In this document: piece after piece, positions 23,799-36,260 of the stretch | Numbering within the stretch: the first letter of the stretch is position 1 | How the letters are laid out: every line of letters begins with the position of its first letter | NCBI GenBank assembly: GCA_010015805.1 | Contig: ML978121.1 | Span: 1,922,001-1,986,000 of the forward strand | From: Rhizodiscina lignyota | Lineage: Eukaryota | Direction: 5' to 3' | DNA length: 64,000 nucleotides | Made by a program: the position numbers and the translations under genes | Notes under the pieces: model-generated | What the model was told of the DNA's origin: nothing | The model's input: the letters and a program-made list of their open reading frames with translations, nothing else | The model's database searches: none

Positions 23799-26284
23799 AT
23801 GGGGAAACGAAAGCTTGGAGCGCTTGAAAAGGTCGAGGCCGACCTGTACGACTCCATTATCCACCTATATCGTATGCAAGAGCTTCGCTAATGAAACATC
23901 AGAGCCAACCTCCAGCACAAAATTCGGCGAGATCCTCCGTATGGCTTCCTTGCATTGCGATTGAGGTTATATGGAACTGACATTGTTTCTAGTTCCTATA
24001 AGGACGATTTCGATAGACAGTATGAGCAATATGCCGCCTTCTACGCCATCCTCGCGCAGGAGCCATCGTCCGTCGACGACTCTGGGATCGTCTCAGTTCG
24101 CGAACTGATCGACTTCATCGCACACGTTGCCGACTGCTATCCCACGCAGACCAAGGACTTCCCGAATGACCTTATATCATTGCTTGAGGCTCACCATGAG
24201 GACCTTGAGCCTGAGCTGCGGGAAAAGGTTGTGGTTAGCCTGGTGCTGATGAGGAACAAAGACATAATCGATTCCCCAACGTATGCTGTTCACCTGTGGA
24301 AGCATTGGCGGTGACAATTACTGACTCTGGACAGGCTTCTAAATACGCTTTTCCCCATCCTAGTTTCCACTTCCAGCAAGTCTCTACGTACACTCCTGTA
24401 TCAGAAAGTCCTCTCTGACCTCCGCTCGTCGAATGCTAAATCTACCAACCACCGTCTCAACCGCACCATGCAAACCGTCCTCTTCAACCTACTTACTTCT
24501 GACCGAACGTCTTCCAAAGGTCTCTGGGCTGTGAAGATAACTCGCGAGCTTTGGAAGCGTCAAATATGGACAGATGCGAAAGCTGTCGAGATAATGAAGG
24601 AGGCCGCTCTTGCCGAGAACGAGAAAATTATAAGCGGCGGAGTAAGATTCTTCTTGGGGGGCGACAAGGAGCGTGAGGAAGCAGCGGAAGGGAGCAGCGA
24701 TGAGGAAGATGAAATCGACATGGACAAGCTGCGGCACCAGGCAGGAATTAACAAGAAAAGCGGGAAGCGAGACAAGGAATTGAAGAAGGCGGCGGCAACA
24801 GCGAAGAAGAAGGATAAGAAGAAGAATGCGCCGCATCCCTTGAACTTTTCGGCTCTACATCTGCTTCATGACCCGCAAGGGTTTGCGGAATCGCTCTTTT
24901 CGCGGCACTTGCAGAATGCGAAATCGAAGCTCAATTTAGAGCAGAAACTGCTTGTCCTCCAGCTCGTTTCGAGGCTGGTCGGGCTTCATCAACTGACAAT
25001 CACCAGCTTGTACTCTTATTTCCTCAAGTAAGTGACAGTGTTCGTTTCGTGACAATTTGGATTGAGTTTAATATGTACAGATACCTCACACCACGCCAGC
25101 CTTCGGTAACAACATTCCTCGCATGCCTAGCGCAAGCCACACATACTTTTGTCCCGCCGGATACCCTTCAGCCACTCGTCCAAAAGATTGCGAATGAATT
25201 TGTCTCCGAAGCTGCTGCAGCCGAGGTCGCTTCTGCAGGACTGAACGCAATTCGAGAGATTTGCGCCAGACAACCGCTTGCTATGGACGAGACACTCCTG
25301 CAGGATTTAGTTATGTACCGAAAGAGTAAGGACAAAGGCGTTGTCATGGCGGCAAGAGGTCTCTTGAGTCTCTATCGAAATGTTGGAGCGGAAATGCTGC
25401 ACCGAAGAGATAGAGGCAAGGAAGCTGCACTAGGACTGAGGGATGGGACAGCGGGCTCGGCAAGATTCGGCGAAATCCAGGTCGGTCAGATCGAGGGCAT
25501 CGAGCTGCTCGAGGCGTGGAAGGAGGAGGAAAGGAGAAGGAAGCGAGAAGAGAAAGGCTTAGGGAGCGATGAAGACGATGTTGAGGGAGAAGAAGAGGAT
25601 GAGGAGACAGGTTGGAAGAACTGGGACGTTGAAGAGGATGACAGTGATGATTCAGGTGGCTGGATCGATGTTGAAAGTGATGGTGAAGACATAGAGATTT
25701 CGGATGATGAAGATGACAAGCCACCAGCGAAAAAGGCGAAGCTTGATCAGGCAGACGGAAAAGACGACAACTCCGAAAACAAAGATCCTGCGGCAGCGGC
25801 AGAGGAGATGGAGGCGAAGATATCCAAGCTCGCAACGACAAAAATCCTCACCCCAGCAGACTTTGCCAAACTTCAAGAGCTCCGGACGAATGCCAACATC
25901 ACATCTTCGCTTTCTTCTGGGCGAAAGACGCAACGGCAGAAGTCGCAAGTAATAGCAGAAGGACGCCACCATGAAGATCCGCTTACCGCTGCTGAAATTG
26001 AAGGCCTTGCTTCTCTCTCTCATAAAGCGACCAAGGCTGAAAAGATCGCTGCGGCAAAGGGAGACAGGGATGAGAAGCATCAAAGCACAACAGCAAGGCG
26101 GAAGGAGAAGAAGCGGTCTGAAGGGAAGAGCAGCACGAATAAGGAGAAAGAACGCCAGAAGAACTTCCTTATGACGCTGGGAAAGGCGAAGCGGAAGGGG
26201 AAGAGGAGTCTGGGAGATGTCCGGAAGGCTTTGAGAGGGCATGTCGAGAGAGGGAAGAGGGGTGGAAAGAGAGGGAACCGATGA
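23799..26284 (+). CDS. SDA1: SDA1 ribosome biogenesis protein
   Basis: NLQHKIRRDP..SY, FSALHLLHDPQGFAE, KIANEFV, KILTPADF and SSTNKEKERQKNFLM. Confidence 0.95.
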
Positions 26285-26667
26285 GTGGTGTTCAATAGCA
26301 TTAGAAGATACTTGATGCACGATTATCTACGAAAGACACGTCCAGTCGTCCGCGCTCAGTGAAACATTTGATGTTGTATTTTTGCATGTGGAATTGGGGC
26401 GGTGGTGGCTCATGGGAATAGGAGAAGGAGATAAGGCACCCTACCAGCACGCGCTAGCGGCCCACGTGAAATGGGTCCGTTTTGCCGCGAGGCTCAAGAG
26501 CGCGCCTTAGCGTCGGTTACGCCCTCCGGTATATTCCTTTGCTCCGTCAACATTTCTTCCCAGCTCCCGGCAAACGTCTCCATTAACCTCCAATTCCTCT
26601 TCCAACTTCTCCTCTCCGCCTCCAAAACCCCCTCTCCACTCCATCCACCACCCACCGCACATTCCAG

Positions 26668-27830
26668 ATGGCTGCGACAGCTCCTCCCAGCTCCACCGGC
26701 TCGGTGAAGCTCGACGCCCTGAAACAGACCGTCCAGGCCAGCGACCCGGCAAAGCTGAGCGGTGTCGCTCTCTACTCGCGCTTCGCCTTTGCCGGCGCTG
26801 TCTGCTGTGCTGTCACGCACGGCGCTCTCACACCCGTCGATGTGTAAGTCTGCTCCCCTTCGGAATGGCTCTTTAGAGCTCCTCCAAAACTTTTTTTTCT
26901 CCCAGACCCTGGATACCCGCGAGGACAAAGGGACAAGAAGCTGACACGATGCAAACCGCAGCGTCAAGACGAGAATACAGCTCGACCCCGTCACCTACAA
27001 CAGCGGCATGATCGGCAGCTTCCGCAAGGTCATCGCGAACGAGGGCGCCGGCGCGCTGCTGACGGGTATCGGCCCTACCTTCGCGGGCTACTTCCTCCAG
27101 GGCGCGTTCAAGTTCGGTGGCTACGAGTTCTTCAAGCAGCAGAGCATCAACCTGCTCGGCTATGAGACCGCGTCGAACAACCGCACCGCCGTCTACCTCG
27201 CCTCGTCCGCGTGCGCGGAGTTCTTCGCCGACATTGCCCTCTGCCCGCTCGAGGCCACTCGTATCCGTCTCGTGTCCGAGCCTACTTTCGCAAACGGTCT
27301 GATCGGTGGTTTCTCGAAGATCGCGAAGACTGAGGGCCTTGGCGCTTTCTACTCTGGCTTCGGGCCCATCCTGTTCAAGCAGTAAGCAGGCCCCGGAACA
27401 CTCTCCAAATAAGCATCTCGACGACCGGCTAACGTCGCAAAACAGGGTCCCATACACCATGGCCAAGTTCGTCGTGTACGAGAAGGTCTCCGAGCAGATC
27501 TACCGCATGACGCCCAAGTCGGAGATGTCGGACGGCATGGTCACCGTCACCAACCTGGGCTCCGGTCTGATCGCCGGTTTCGCCGCCGCCATCGTCTCGC
27601 AGCCGGCCGACACGATGCTCTCGAAGATCAACAAGACCAAGGGCCTGCCCGGAGAGAGCACCACCAGCCGCCTGATCAAGATCGCCGGCGAGCTCGGCTT
27701 CCGCGGCTCGTACGCCGGCATTGGCGCGCGTCTGTTCATGGTGGGCACGCTTACCGCTGGCCAGTTCGCCATCTACGGCGACATCAAGAGGGTGCTTGGT
27801 GCCACCGGCGGTGTTGAGATTGGCAAGTAA
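26668..27830 (+). CDS. MIR1: Mitochondrial phosphate carrier, 3 exons
   Basis: [52 protein letters not shown] and [10 protein letters not shown]; strong GC3 bias. Confidence 0.92.
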
Positions 27831-28730
27831 ACGGATATCCTAGACGAGCGGGGTGGGGTATAGTCGAGGATAGACGCATGCCAGAGGGCATTAGACGATT
27901 AGACTAAAAGTTGGGCCTTTCTGTCGATTTTTTGCGTAGAGTGTCGATAGATCAGATCTCTCTGCTCCGGTTTGCGACACTTTTCTTCACGTTTCTCGCT
28001 AGCGAGTAGACGATAATCAGGATCGTTACGTCTGCTCTGGGGAGGGCTTCATGGGCATTTCTGGTGTATAATTACTTTTACTCCCTTTTTTTCCGGGTTA
28101 GCTTGAAACATAGAGGTCTGACTCTGCTATCTTGAAGTCTTGAGAATAACTACTTGACATTACAGCGTGTCCCGAAATCGGTGTCCGGTTTGCGCACACT
28201 TTTCACTTAATGTCTCTTGTACACCCTGACTATAAGGGTACGCGGTCTTTTAAGCCTTGACCTTGCAAAGCTCATTGACCGCAATGACCTTAATCTCTCC
28301 GTTAAACTCCTTCACGCTTAATGTCGCCGATGCGACAAGTGATCTCTTCAGCCTGTTTCGTGGTGTCAGTCAAGGACAGGTGCTATTGCCACCTTCGGTA
28401 GACCCTCCAGCGATCTTCTTTCGGCTCGTCTTGAAAGCTCCAGTCAAGATACTGGAGGATTCTTTCTTCAGCTGCAGTACTATGACCTAGTTCTGGAGAC
28501 GGTATCCCATAAATCTATTTAACTATTTCTGAGCACCCTACTCACTGGTCGTCGTCCGGGCGGGGTGCATGCGTTCAGCTGCCACGTACACTTAGCTGCG
28601 GCCGCTGCAACGATGCGTCCGTATCACTGTACAGTAGTTCCCGAAGGCCGTCGTTCACTTGTGTCGTGCTATATAGCAAGTCGATAGCAAGCCTTTTCAT
28701 CGCAGAAATAGCGTAGTCGGGCTCTCCGCC

Positions 28731-31700
28731 ATGCGTAAACGCGATCGTCTGCTTTCGAAGTTCCTCCGGCCTCAGACAGTTCAAGCCTCACAGTCGAATG
28801 TAGCACAATCTACAACAGCACAATCTACAACAGCACAATCTACAACAGCACAATCTACAACAGCACAATTGCCGACACCAACCCAAGCAGTAGCCACGTC
28901 GACAGCTGCGCTTGTGTGCTCCCCAAGTTCAGCCCCGTCGGCTGCATACATCAACCAGGCTTTTCAACTAGCAGTGCAGCGACATCTAGACAAGCTCCCC
29001 GAGGCTGAGAGGGACGACTTTCGAGCAGCGTCAAAGAACCTCAACGAAAATGATCTCCTTTCACGAGCTCGAAAAAACGATGTTACTCATGCACAAAGCT
29101 CGTCGTTCCGACCCCAAGCTGAGCGTCTCTCCAAAGTCCTTCGACTACTCGATCGGTTCATGGGCAGCGTCGCCATTGGCATTCAGGCCAACCCGGAGAT
29201 ATCATCCATCGTCGTCGGCGGTATTCGCATCGTAATCGACTTGGCGATCGACTTTGTAAGCTTCTTTGGCAAGTTGACTGACATGCTCTGCCTGTTCGAC
29301 GACTACACTGCAACCTTAGCAGAACTCGCCAGGGTTTGCCAGGACTCGACACTAGTTCAAGAAACGCTCGCCAATGTCTACGCGGATATACTCGACTTCT
29401 GCAGGAAGGCGCGCGGAGTCTTCGTCGGAGCCAATGGTACGAGACGGACTTGGACGTCGTGGAGACTGTTCCTAAGGCAGCAATGGGAACCATTCGAGGT
29501 TGGGTTTGGCTCGATCAGGACAAACATGAAGCATCATGTGGATGTCTTACGATTGGCCGGTCAAGCACAGCAGCTGATCGTGGGTCGGGAGGCTAAGTTA
29601 GCGCAAGAGAGGAGAGATAGGGAAGACTTTCTGAATTGGATATCTAATTTCGACTTCGAGAAGGTTCACGACGACATTTACGCGAAGAAGCACGAAGGCA
29701 CAGGTGACTGGCTAATTCAAAGTGAGGAGTTCCAGACCTGGATGCACAGCTCGAAGTCGTCGCTGCTTTGGTGTCACGGAGCGCGTGAGTAGAGCTGCCC
29801 AGTATATAGAGATTTAACTAACGAACAGCAGCTGGCGCCGGAAAGTCGGTACTTGCGTAAGCTGACTAGTTCTATCTGCAAATAGGCAGTCTAGCTAATA
29901 GCATGCTAGATCTAATGTGCTGGAACACCTTACAGCCAGAAGTGCTCTAGATGAGAAGACGGCAATCTGTTTTGCCTATTGCAATTATCGAACTCCGGAG
30001 TTGCAGGACCCTTTGAATATCGCAGCAGCCCTGATCAAGCAGCTCTGCTGGAAGTGCGAGACCATACCTCTGTGGCTGCTCAGGCCCAAGCACGACTCGC
30101 GCAGTCCTTCGACAGTTAGCTCCCCGGAAGCGTTTATTAAGCTTGCCTTAGAGATGAATCTTAGGGAAGTCTACATAGTTATCGACGCTTTGGACGAGTG
30201 CCCTGAGCAGGAGAGACCACGCTTCATTGCATTAATAACCAAGATCATTAGTGACTACCCGTGCGCTAAGGTCTTCGTCACAAGTAGAAGGGAGGGCGAC
30301 ATCAACACCGCCTTTATGGAGAGCAAGACGCCTACGATTCAGGTACAAGCTCAGAGCATTGCGGCAGATATTGAAAGCTTCGTTAGAAGCGAAGTAAAGA
30401 TGTTGCGGAAAGGCTATCATGGGAAGAAGCTCTTCTTGTACAGCGACGCTCTTGAGGGCAAGATCATTCAGACGCTGACACAGAAAGCAGAGGGCATGTA
30501 AGTTTTGTTATTCTAGTAGGAGAAGACTAGCCCCGCTAAATGTGCTATAGGTTTCTGTGGGTGCATCTACAACTGGATAGCCTTTGTCAGATGAGTAATA
30601 TACAGAGAGATGAAGCCGTCGAAGCCGCACTACACACCCTCCCCCGGGGCCTTGACGAGACATACATGAGGATCGTGCAACAGATTGTGGCCCAACAAGA
30701 ACCCATGCGAGAGCTCGCTTTGAGGTGCCTCATGTGGATCTTCTATGCGATGAGACCTTTAGACGCGGAGGAGTTGCAACACGCACTGGCCACAGACGAA
30801 GCATTCGAAAAACAAGAAGACATCAAGGAGCATCGTATCGAGGTTATCCTTCGAGCATGTGGGAACTTGCTGTTAGATGAGGGCCGCGATATTCGACCGG
30901 TGCACTATTCTGTGCAAGAATTTTTCACGAGGCCGCCAGATGGAGTTGCTCAAACCCCTTTCCAGCAGAGCTTAGCGCATACCGAACGAGTGCACACCAT
31001 TCTCGCCGGTGTTTGTATCAAATACATGCGCCTTAGAAAACTGGACGAGCCTTGCACAGATGTTGACGCGCTCCATAATCGCCTCTCGAGAGCTCCATTC
31101 CTCCATTATTCAACTCAATATTTCGATTATCACCTTCGGCGTTGCACGGACATCGATAAAAACAACTTGAACCTAGTAGAAGGACTTTTGAATCAGGGCC
31201 GCGCTGTTCTGGCCGCGCTACTCCAAACGAGGAGAGTCCGAGCGCCCGACCTTCGTTCCGTGATCGAGGGTTTCGATCCACTGTCTTTCGAGGTTTCCGC
31301 GAGCACAGTTGTGTATGCAACGTACCTTTTCGAGGTAGAGCAGGTGCAAAAGCGGTGGGTAGGGCCAAGCCCTCCGAGATACGCACTCCATCAGGCTTCA
31401 TCTGCCGGCGTAGTCGATGGCATAAAACGGTTATTAGGTCAGAACGCTAACATCGATGAGAAGGACTGGAGGGGCGGTAGCCCTCTGTATTATGCTTCGT
31501 TGAATAATCGAAGAGCTGCTGTGGAAGTGCTACTCGATAAGGGCGCCGATGTCAACGCCCAAGGCGGACTCTTCGGCAACGCACTCCAGGCGGCTTCGTA
31601 CCGTAGCAACGAGGTAGTAATAAAGCTACTCCTCGACAGGGGTGCCGACGTTAACGCTCAAGGCGGATTCTACGGCAACGCACTCCTGGCGGCTTCAAGA

Positions 31701-31958
31701 GGTGGCTACGAGCTGGTGGTAAAGCTACTCCTCGACAAGGGTGCCGACGTTAACGCTCAAGGCGGAGACTACGGCAACGCACTCCAGGCGGCTTCAGTCC
31801 GTGGCAGCGAAACAATAGTAAAGCTACTACTCGACGAGGGCGCCGACATTAACGCACAAGGCGGACTCCACCACAACGCACTCCAGGCGGCTTCAGAACA
31901 AGGCCACGAGCAGGTGGTAAAGCTACTACAAAGTTCATTACTGGGTAGTGAATCCTAA
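28731..31958 (+). CDS. Fungal NLR-like NACHT-ankyrin protein, 4 exons
   Basis: Helical N-terminal domain, HEGTGDWL, Walker A GA|PGAGKS, Walker B IVIDALDE, GM|FLW, LPRGLDETY, HYSVQEF and C-terminal ankyrin repeats. Confidence 0.92.
28803..28869 (+). repeat. 15-bp coding minisatellite (AQSTT)x4.5 in the NLR N-terminus
   Basis: GCACAATCTACAACA four perfect copies plus GCACAAT. Confidence 0.95.
31530..31930 (+). repeat. Four near-identical 99-bp ankyrin repeat units
   Basis: Recurring ...GCCGACGTTAACGCTCAAGGCGGA..GGCAACGCACTCCAGGCGGCTTC..AAAGCTACT at 99-bp period. Confidence 0.92.
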
Positions 31959-32181
31959 GTTTCGTGACCTGCTACCTCCTCACTGTGCAGCTATTTTATG
32001 CGTTGATAAAACTTCCCCATGCCCCTAATATAGTACACAATCCAAAACATAACTATCCCTCATATTTCATAACATATCGCGTCCCATAACCATACGCCGC
32101 TGGACCCCGGACACCATGCTGCACAAATGTCATCGTGAAACCGAACATGCCATCTACATTATCCCGTGAAACCCTAGATCC

Positions 32182-33744
32182 TCATCCGTATCGCATCGCC
32201 CTATTCGAAGCAGCCTTGCCTGTAGGGACGGGCGAGGCGACTAGGTTGCCCATCTCGATCTCCTTCCTCCTCTCTTCTCTACTCCTCGCCCGCTCAATAC
32301 CGAGCCCAGCGCCCCTCGGCGCCTCGACCCGGCCCCTTTCAACGTCCCCATCTCTCGCGCTGTCCCCGCCCCGGAACGGACTCGACTTCACCACGCGGCT
32401 GGCCTCTCCTCCACTCGGAGCTCTCATGCTCTTGCTGGACCCGGCACCGCGAATCCCCTGCGTGACGGCCGAGGCAGCGATCTTGGTCGGCGGGATCAGC
32501 CTCGACCCACTGCCGGTTCGCGTGCGCATCTGGATACCGCGCTGTGCAGGGTCTTCTTCGTCGTCGTCGTCGGTCCGCCAATCGATGCGGAAGGTCGACT
32601 GCGATTCGTTGCCGGGCGTAGACTCGCCCGTCTTGAGCAAGAGGCGCGCCATTTGCTGGTTCACGAGGTCCTCTTCCGTCAGGGGGAAAGGTGATGGGGG
32701 CACGGATGCCGTGGAGACGCCGTTGTAGATGCTTCCGCCGACGGTCGTGGTGGTGCTGGTGGGGTCGTAGTAGCCTTGCGGCTGGCGTTCGGGAGAGGGA
32801 GAGCGTTGCAAGGACTGGAATGAGGCGCGTGTGTGGATGGACGGGTTCCGAACTGCCGTGGGATGCATGTTCTGGAGCCAGTTCTTGTAGTAGGCGGAGT
32901 CTTGCACGCTCCGCTGGGTAATTGGAGCCGGCGGTTCCTCCCACGTAACTTGCGTGCTCGAAGTCGGTTCGTGCCAGAGTGATTGCGTCAACCCCGTGGT
33001 GCTCGCCTGGCTTTCACGCCCGTCACGCGAGATTCCGCGTGGGATCTCGACGTGTCCGACTCGATATAACGAGGCTGAACTTCGGACGCGGGCTATCTTC
33101 CGTTGCACCCATACCAACAGGATCGCGTATATGGCAGTACTAGAGCTGGACAGTGCGACTGTAATTCCAGCAGCTGAGCTAAACGTGTATCGCGGAGAGG
33201 AGGCAAAGGCGTAGAGAGTACCGAGAAGACCGAGAGCAGAGGAGCAGAGCGCGGGGTAGAAGATGGATTCGGATTGGAAGAGCCAGGAAGGCACGAGGAA
33301 CCAGAGGAGTACGGTGAGAGAGTAGCCGCATGTGAGGAGAATGGCAATGAGGACCGCAAGGACGCCTTTTGAGAATCGGAGCTCAGGGTCGGAGTCGAAG
33401 GTGGAGGGGAGGATGAGATAGCCGCCTAGTATCATCCATGATGCCGCGAGGGCCGCGAGGCGCCAGTACCACTATGATTAAAATGTTAGTTCTCTGCTTA
33501 TAAGTGGCGAATCTAGCAATCCCATACCGATATTCCGTCCTGTTCGACATAGAGTTCGTCCAGGGAGTTGTAGCCTTTCCTCCGTGGGTAACGCATTTGT
33601 GAGCTGCAGCGGAACTGCTGGGCCACAATTACGTCTGATATTTGTCCTTCAGAGTCCTGAAGTCTCTCGCACGTACAGCGCGCGGCGAGGGTCGGTTGTG
33701 AACTGCCTAGCAGGCGTCCCGCTTATGGCCGAAGGAGGCGTCAT
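32182..33744 (-). CDS. Uncharacterised 4-TM fungal membrane protein with long disordered C-tail; start uncertain (33744 or 33596)
   Basis: 417-aa ORF with four hydrophobic segments, extended upstream through a GTATGG..TAG intron to ..LYVEQDGIS|WYWRLAALAASWMILGG. Confidence 0.7.
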
Positions 33745-35315
33745 GCAAGTAGAGTCGGACGGCGCATCTGGTGAGAGGATGTTCGTCTGTTTCGCAGTGT
33801 CGACGCTGTTGATGTGAACGCAGTGGGTTTTTGGCAATTGGGGCGCGTTAATTAAATTGGGGGGTAGATAGGTTGCAGTCGAGTTCTCGACTACACGGGT
33901 CAAAGGTATTCTCCGTTGCAAGGTTGATACGAGCTGTCAGGCTGGGATTAGTCCTCACTAGCCACGCTGACAAGACGCGACCAAAGCGAAAGTCATGCAG
34001 CGATTTTGAGGATTAGCTGATAGAAGCAAGCAGCTGTCTGAAAAAGAGCTGGAGCGAAGGCGCTGAAAGTCAAAGATATTCGAACGTTGCAGCAGGGCGA
34101 AGCTGGGCGACAATCTCCGGGGCTGAGCTGCGAGAAGGGCGAAGTGCAAAGGCAACGAGGCAGCTACGGCGGCTTCTGTGCCTCCCAATAGTCTCCGTAC
34201 GCGTCGATTGGACCCTCCGTCCGCAATGCGTTTCAATTCAACGTTGCCTCGCTAGTCTTGATCGCCGAAGGGCGCTTTAAGGGAGGGGCAGGCGCAAGAG
34301 CAGGAAACACTCCGAGTTGCTGTCATCAATAAAAGTGCATTGCTCGCGGCCAGCCATATATCGTAGAGCACTAGCCACATTAGCAAGCATGAGCGTGTTA
34401 AAGGCAAGGTGGATACGGGACGACCGTGGCATGGGGAAGATGGCGGGTACCGCTATTCTTAGCAGACGCATCGCCATACGCTGTGAACGTCACACGTGCC
34501 GTTGCAGCGTTGACCAGTTTTGCAAGGCCGATTTCCTAGCGTAGGCATGTTTCTCGTGAGGCTCCGTGCGATCTGATTCTGGTGTCCATGAGTTCGTGTC
34601 CTGATGCGGCTCATTTGAGTGATGGAAACATTTCAAATATGCAGTGATGCCGCGAACAACCTTGGAAATGCAGCAACGGCCTAGACTTCCGATTTTGCAT
34701 CAGCACCCAGACTCGATGCCATCGTTGAATAAATACTGCACGCTTGGCACTCAGTCTGATTGCAGTTTCCTCTCTTGAAATGAGGTGAAATGGTTTGCAT
34801 GCAGCTGCAGAGGCGGACTTAACAAAGCCAGGCCGGCGATAGGAGTAACGTCATGAGGATCTCAGATTCATGATACGCCATCTGCAACAGGTGTTTCGGA
34901 GGAGCAAGGTCACTTAAGGTAGTCGAAACATGGTCGGACACATAGGTAGTCGGAGGGAGGCGTAAGTACCTAACGTCAAAGGGCGCTTTCCCCCAGAATA
35001 CGATCTGCGCGTGGATCAGACCATTCTTCATATCATTCATTGTTGCGCACCTGCCGAGGCGGCCCGCTCCATTCGTGGGTGTAGCAACCAAACATTGCCA
35101 TTGCCACATAAAGCGTGTTTCCTCCTCCAACTCCGCTTCTAAGTATCATTGGCTGTTCTTGTACGTGTATAAAAGTGTGGAGAATGCCCCATCGACTAAT
35201 TGGCGTCAGAAAATTCAATCTCACAGCTCCTCACGTCGTTCCTGGCTGGCAGGTTTTAGCTACTCGCAAGCTCTCTCTGCCCTTAACAGCACGTCGGTAC
35301 TTGAATTCGGTCAAT

Positions 35316-36260
35316 ATGGCGACGGAGCAGCCCAAGGTCACGCTCTATTGGTTAGTAGCCATCTTCCCCTGTACTGCGAGTCATCCTCTTCGAGGAAGGA
35401 AATAATGCAAGTCGCGCCGGGTCTTGTCGCTAAGCTCACCCTCGCTTCCAACGGCTATCGCTAAACATGGTGTTCGCATAGGCTCGAAAAGTCGCGCTCC
35501 CAGCGTATCTTGATGATGCTGGAGGAGCTCAAGGTGCCATATGAGCTCAAGGTCTTCAAAAGGGATGCAAACAATCTCGCGGACCCCGCGCTGAAGGACA
35601 TCCACCCACTTGGAAAATCGCCAGTCCTCGGCGTCAAGGCGCCTGGGGCAGAGAAAGAGATCGTCATTGCGGAGTCTGCAAACATTGTCGAATATCTCGC
35701 AGAGCACTTTGGAAAGGGAATGATTCCTAAACGTTGGGCGGATGGTAAAGAAGGTCAGGTCGGTGGCGAAACTGACGGGTGGTTGCGCTACCGATACCTG
35801 ATGCATTATTGTGAGGGCAGCTTGATGTCTTTATTGGTGGTCGGACTCGTGGTTTCTCGTACGTTGCCCGGTTCATCATTTCGGCATCACCGCTGATCGT
35901 CATGCAGAAATCGCGAACGCGCCAGCGCCATTCTTCATCAGACCAATCCTTCGAGGAATAGGGTCAAAAGTCCGAGGCGCATTTCTGGATCGCAACTACG
36001 AGCAGAACTGGAAGTTCATCGAGGAGCAGTTGGCAACGACTCCTGAGGGGGGCGACTTTTTCTGCGGTAAGGAGTTGACTGGCGCAGACATCATGATGCT
36101 CTTCCCACTCGAGGGTGCCACGATGATGCTTGACGTCAAAAGGGAACAGTATCCGAAGATGTATGCATGGATCGAAAGGATGCACGAGCGGGAGTCATAC
36201 AAGGCGGCCATAAAGAAGGTGGAAGATGCGACGGGCGAGAAGTACGAGGTTATTCCTTAG
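35316..36260 (+). CDS. Glutathione S-transferase (Gtt1-like), 3 exons
   Basis: VTLYW|LEKSRSQRIL, IHPLGKSP, AESANIVEYL and LTGADIMM. Confidence 0.92.

Noticed and set aside
26463..26468. Pho4-type CACGTG before the phosphate carrier
   Set aside because: A single common hexamer that occurs at several unrelated places in the window.
26873..27466. Long antisense ORFs over MIR1 (also 40471-41334, 6753-7410, 25652-26320)
   Set aside because: Shadow frames caused by high GC3 or low-complexity coding on the real strand.
28803..28869. CRISPR-like array
   Set aside because: Head-to-tail coding repeat with no spacers, in eukaryotic DNA.
28731..33744. NLR plus adjacent amyloid-activated effector pair
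   Set aside because: No recognisable amyloid motif in the NLR; the neighbouring 4-TM protein lacks HeLo, HET or lipase features.
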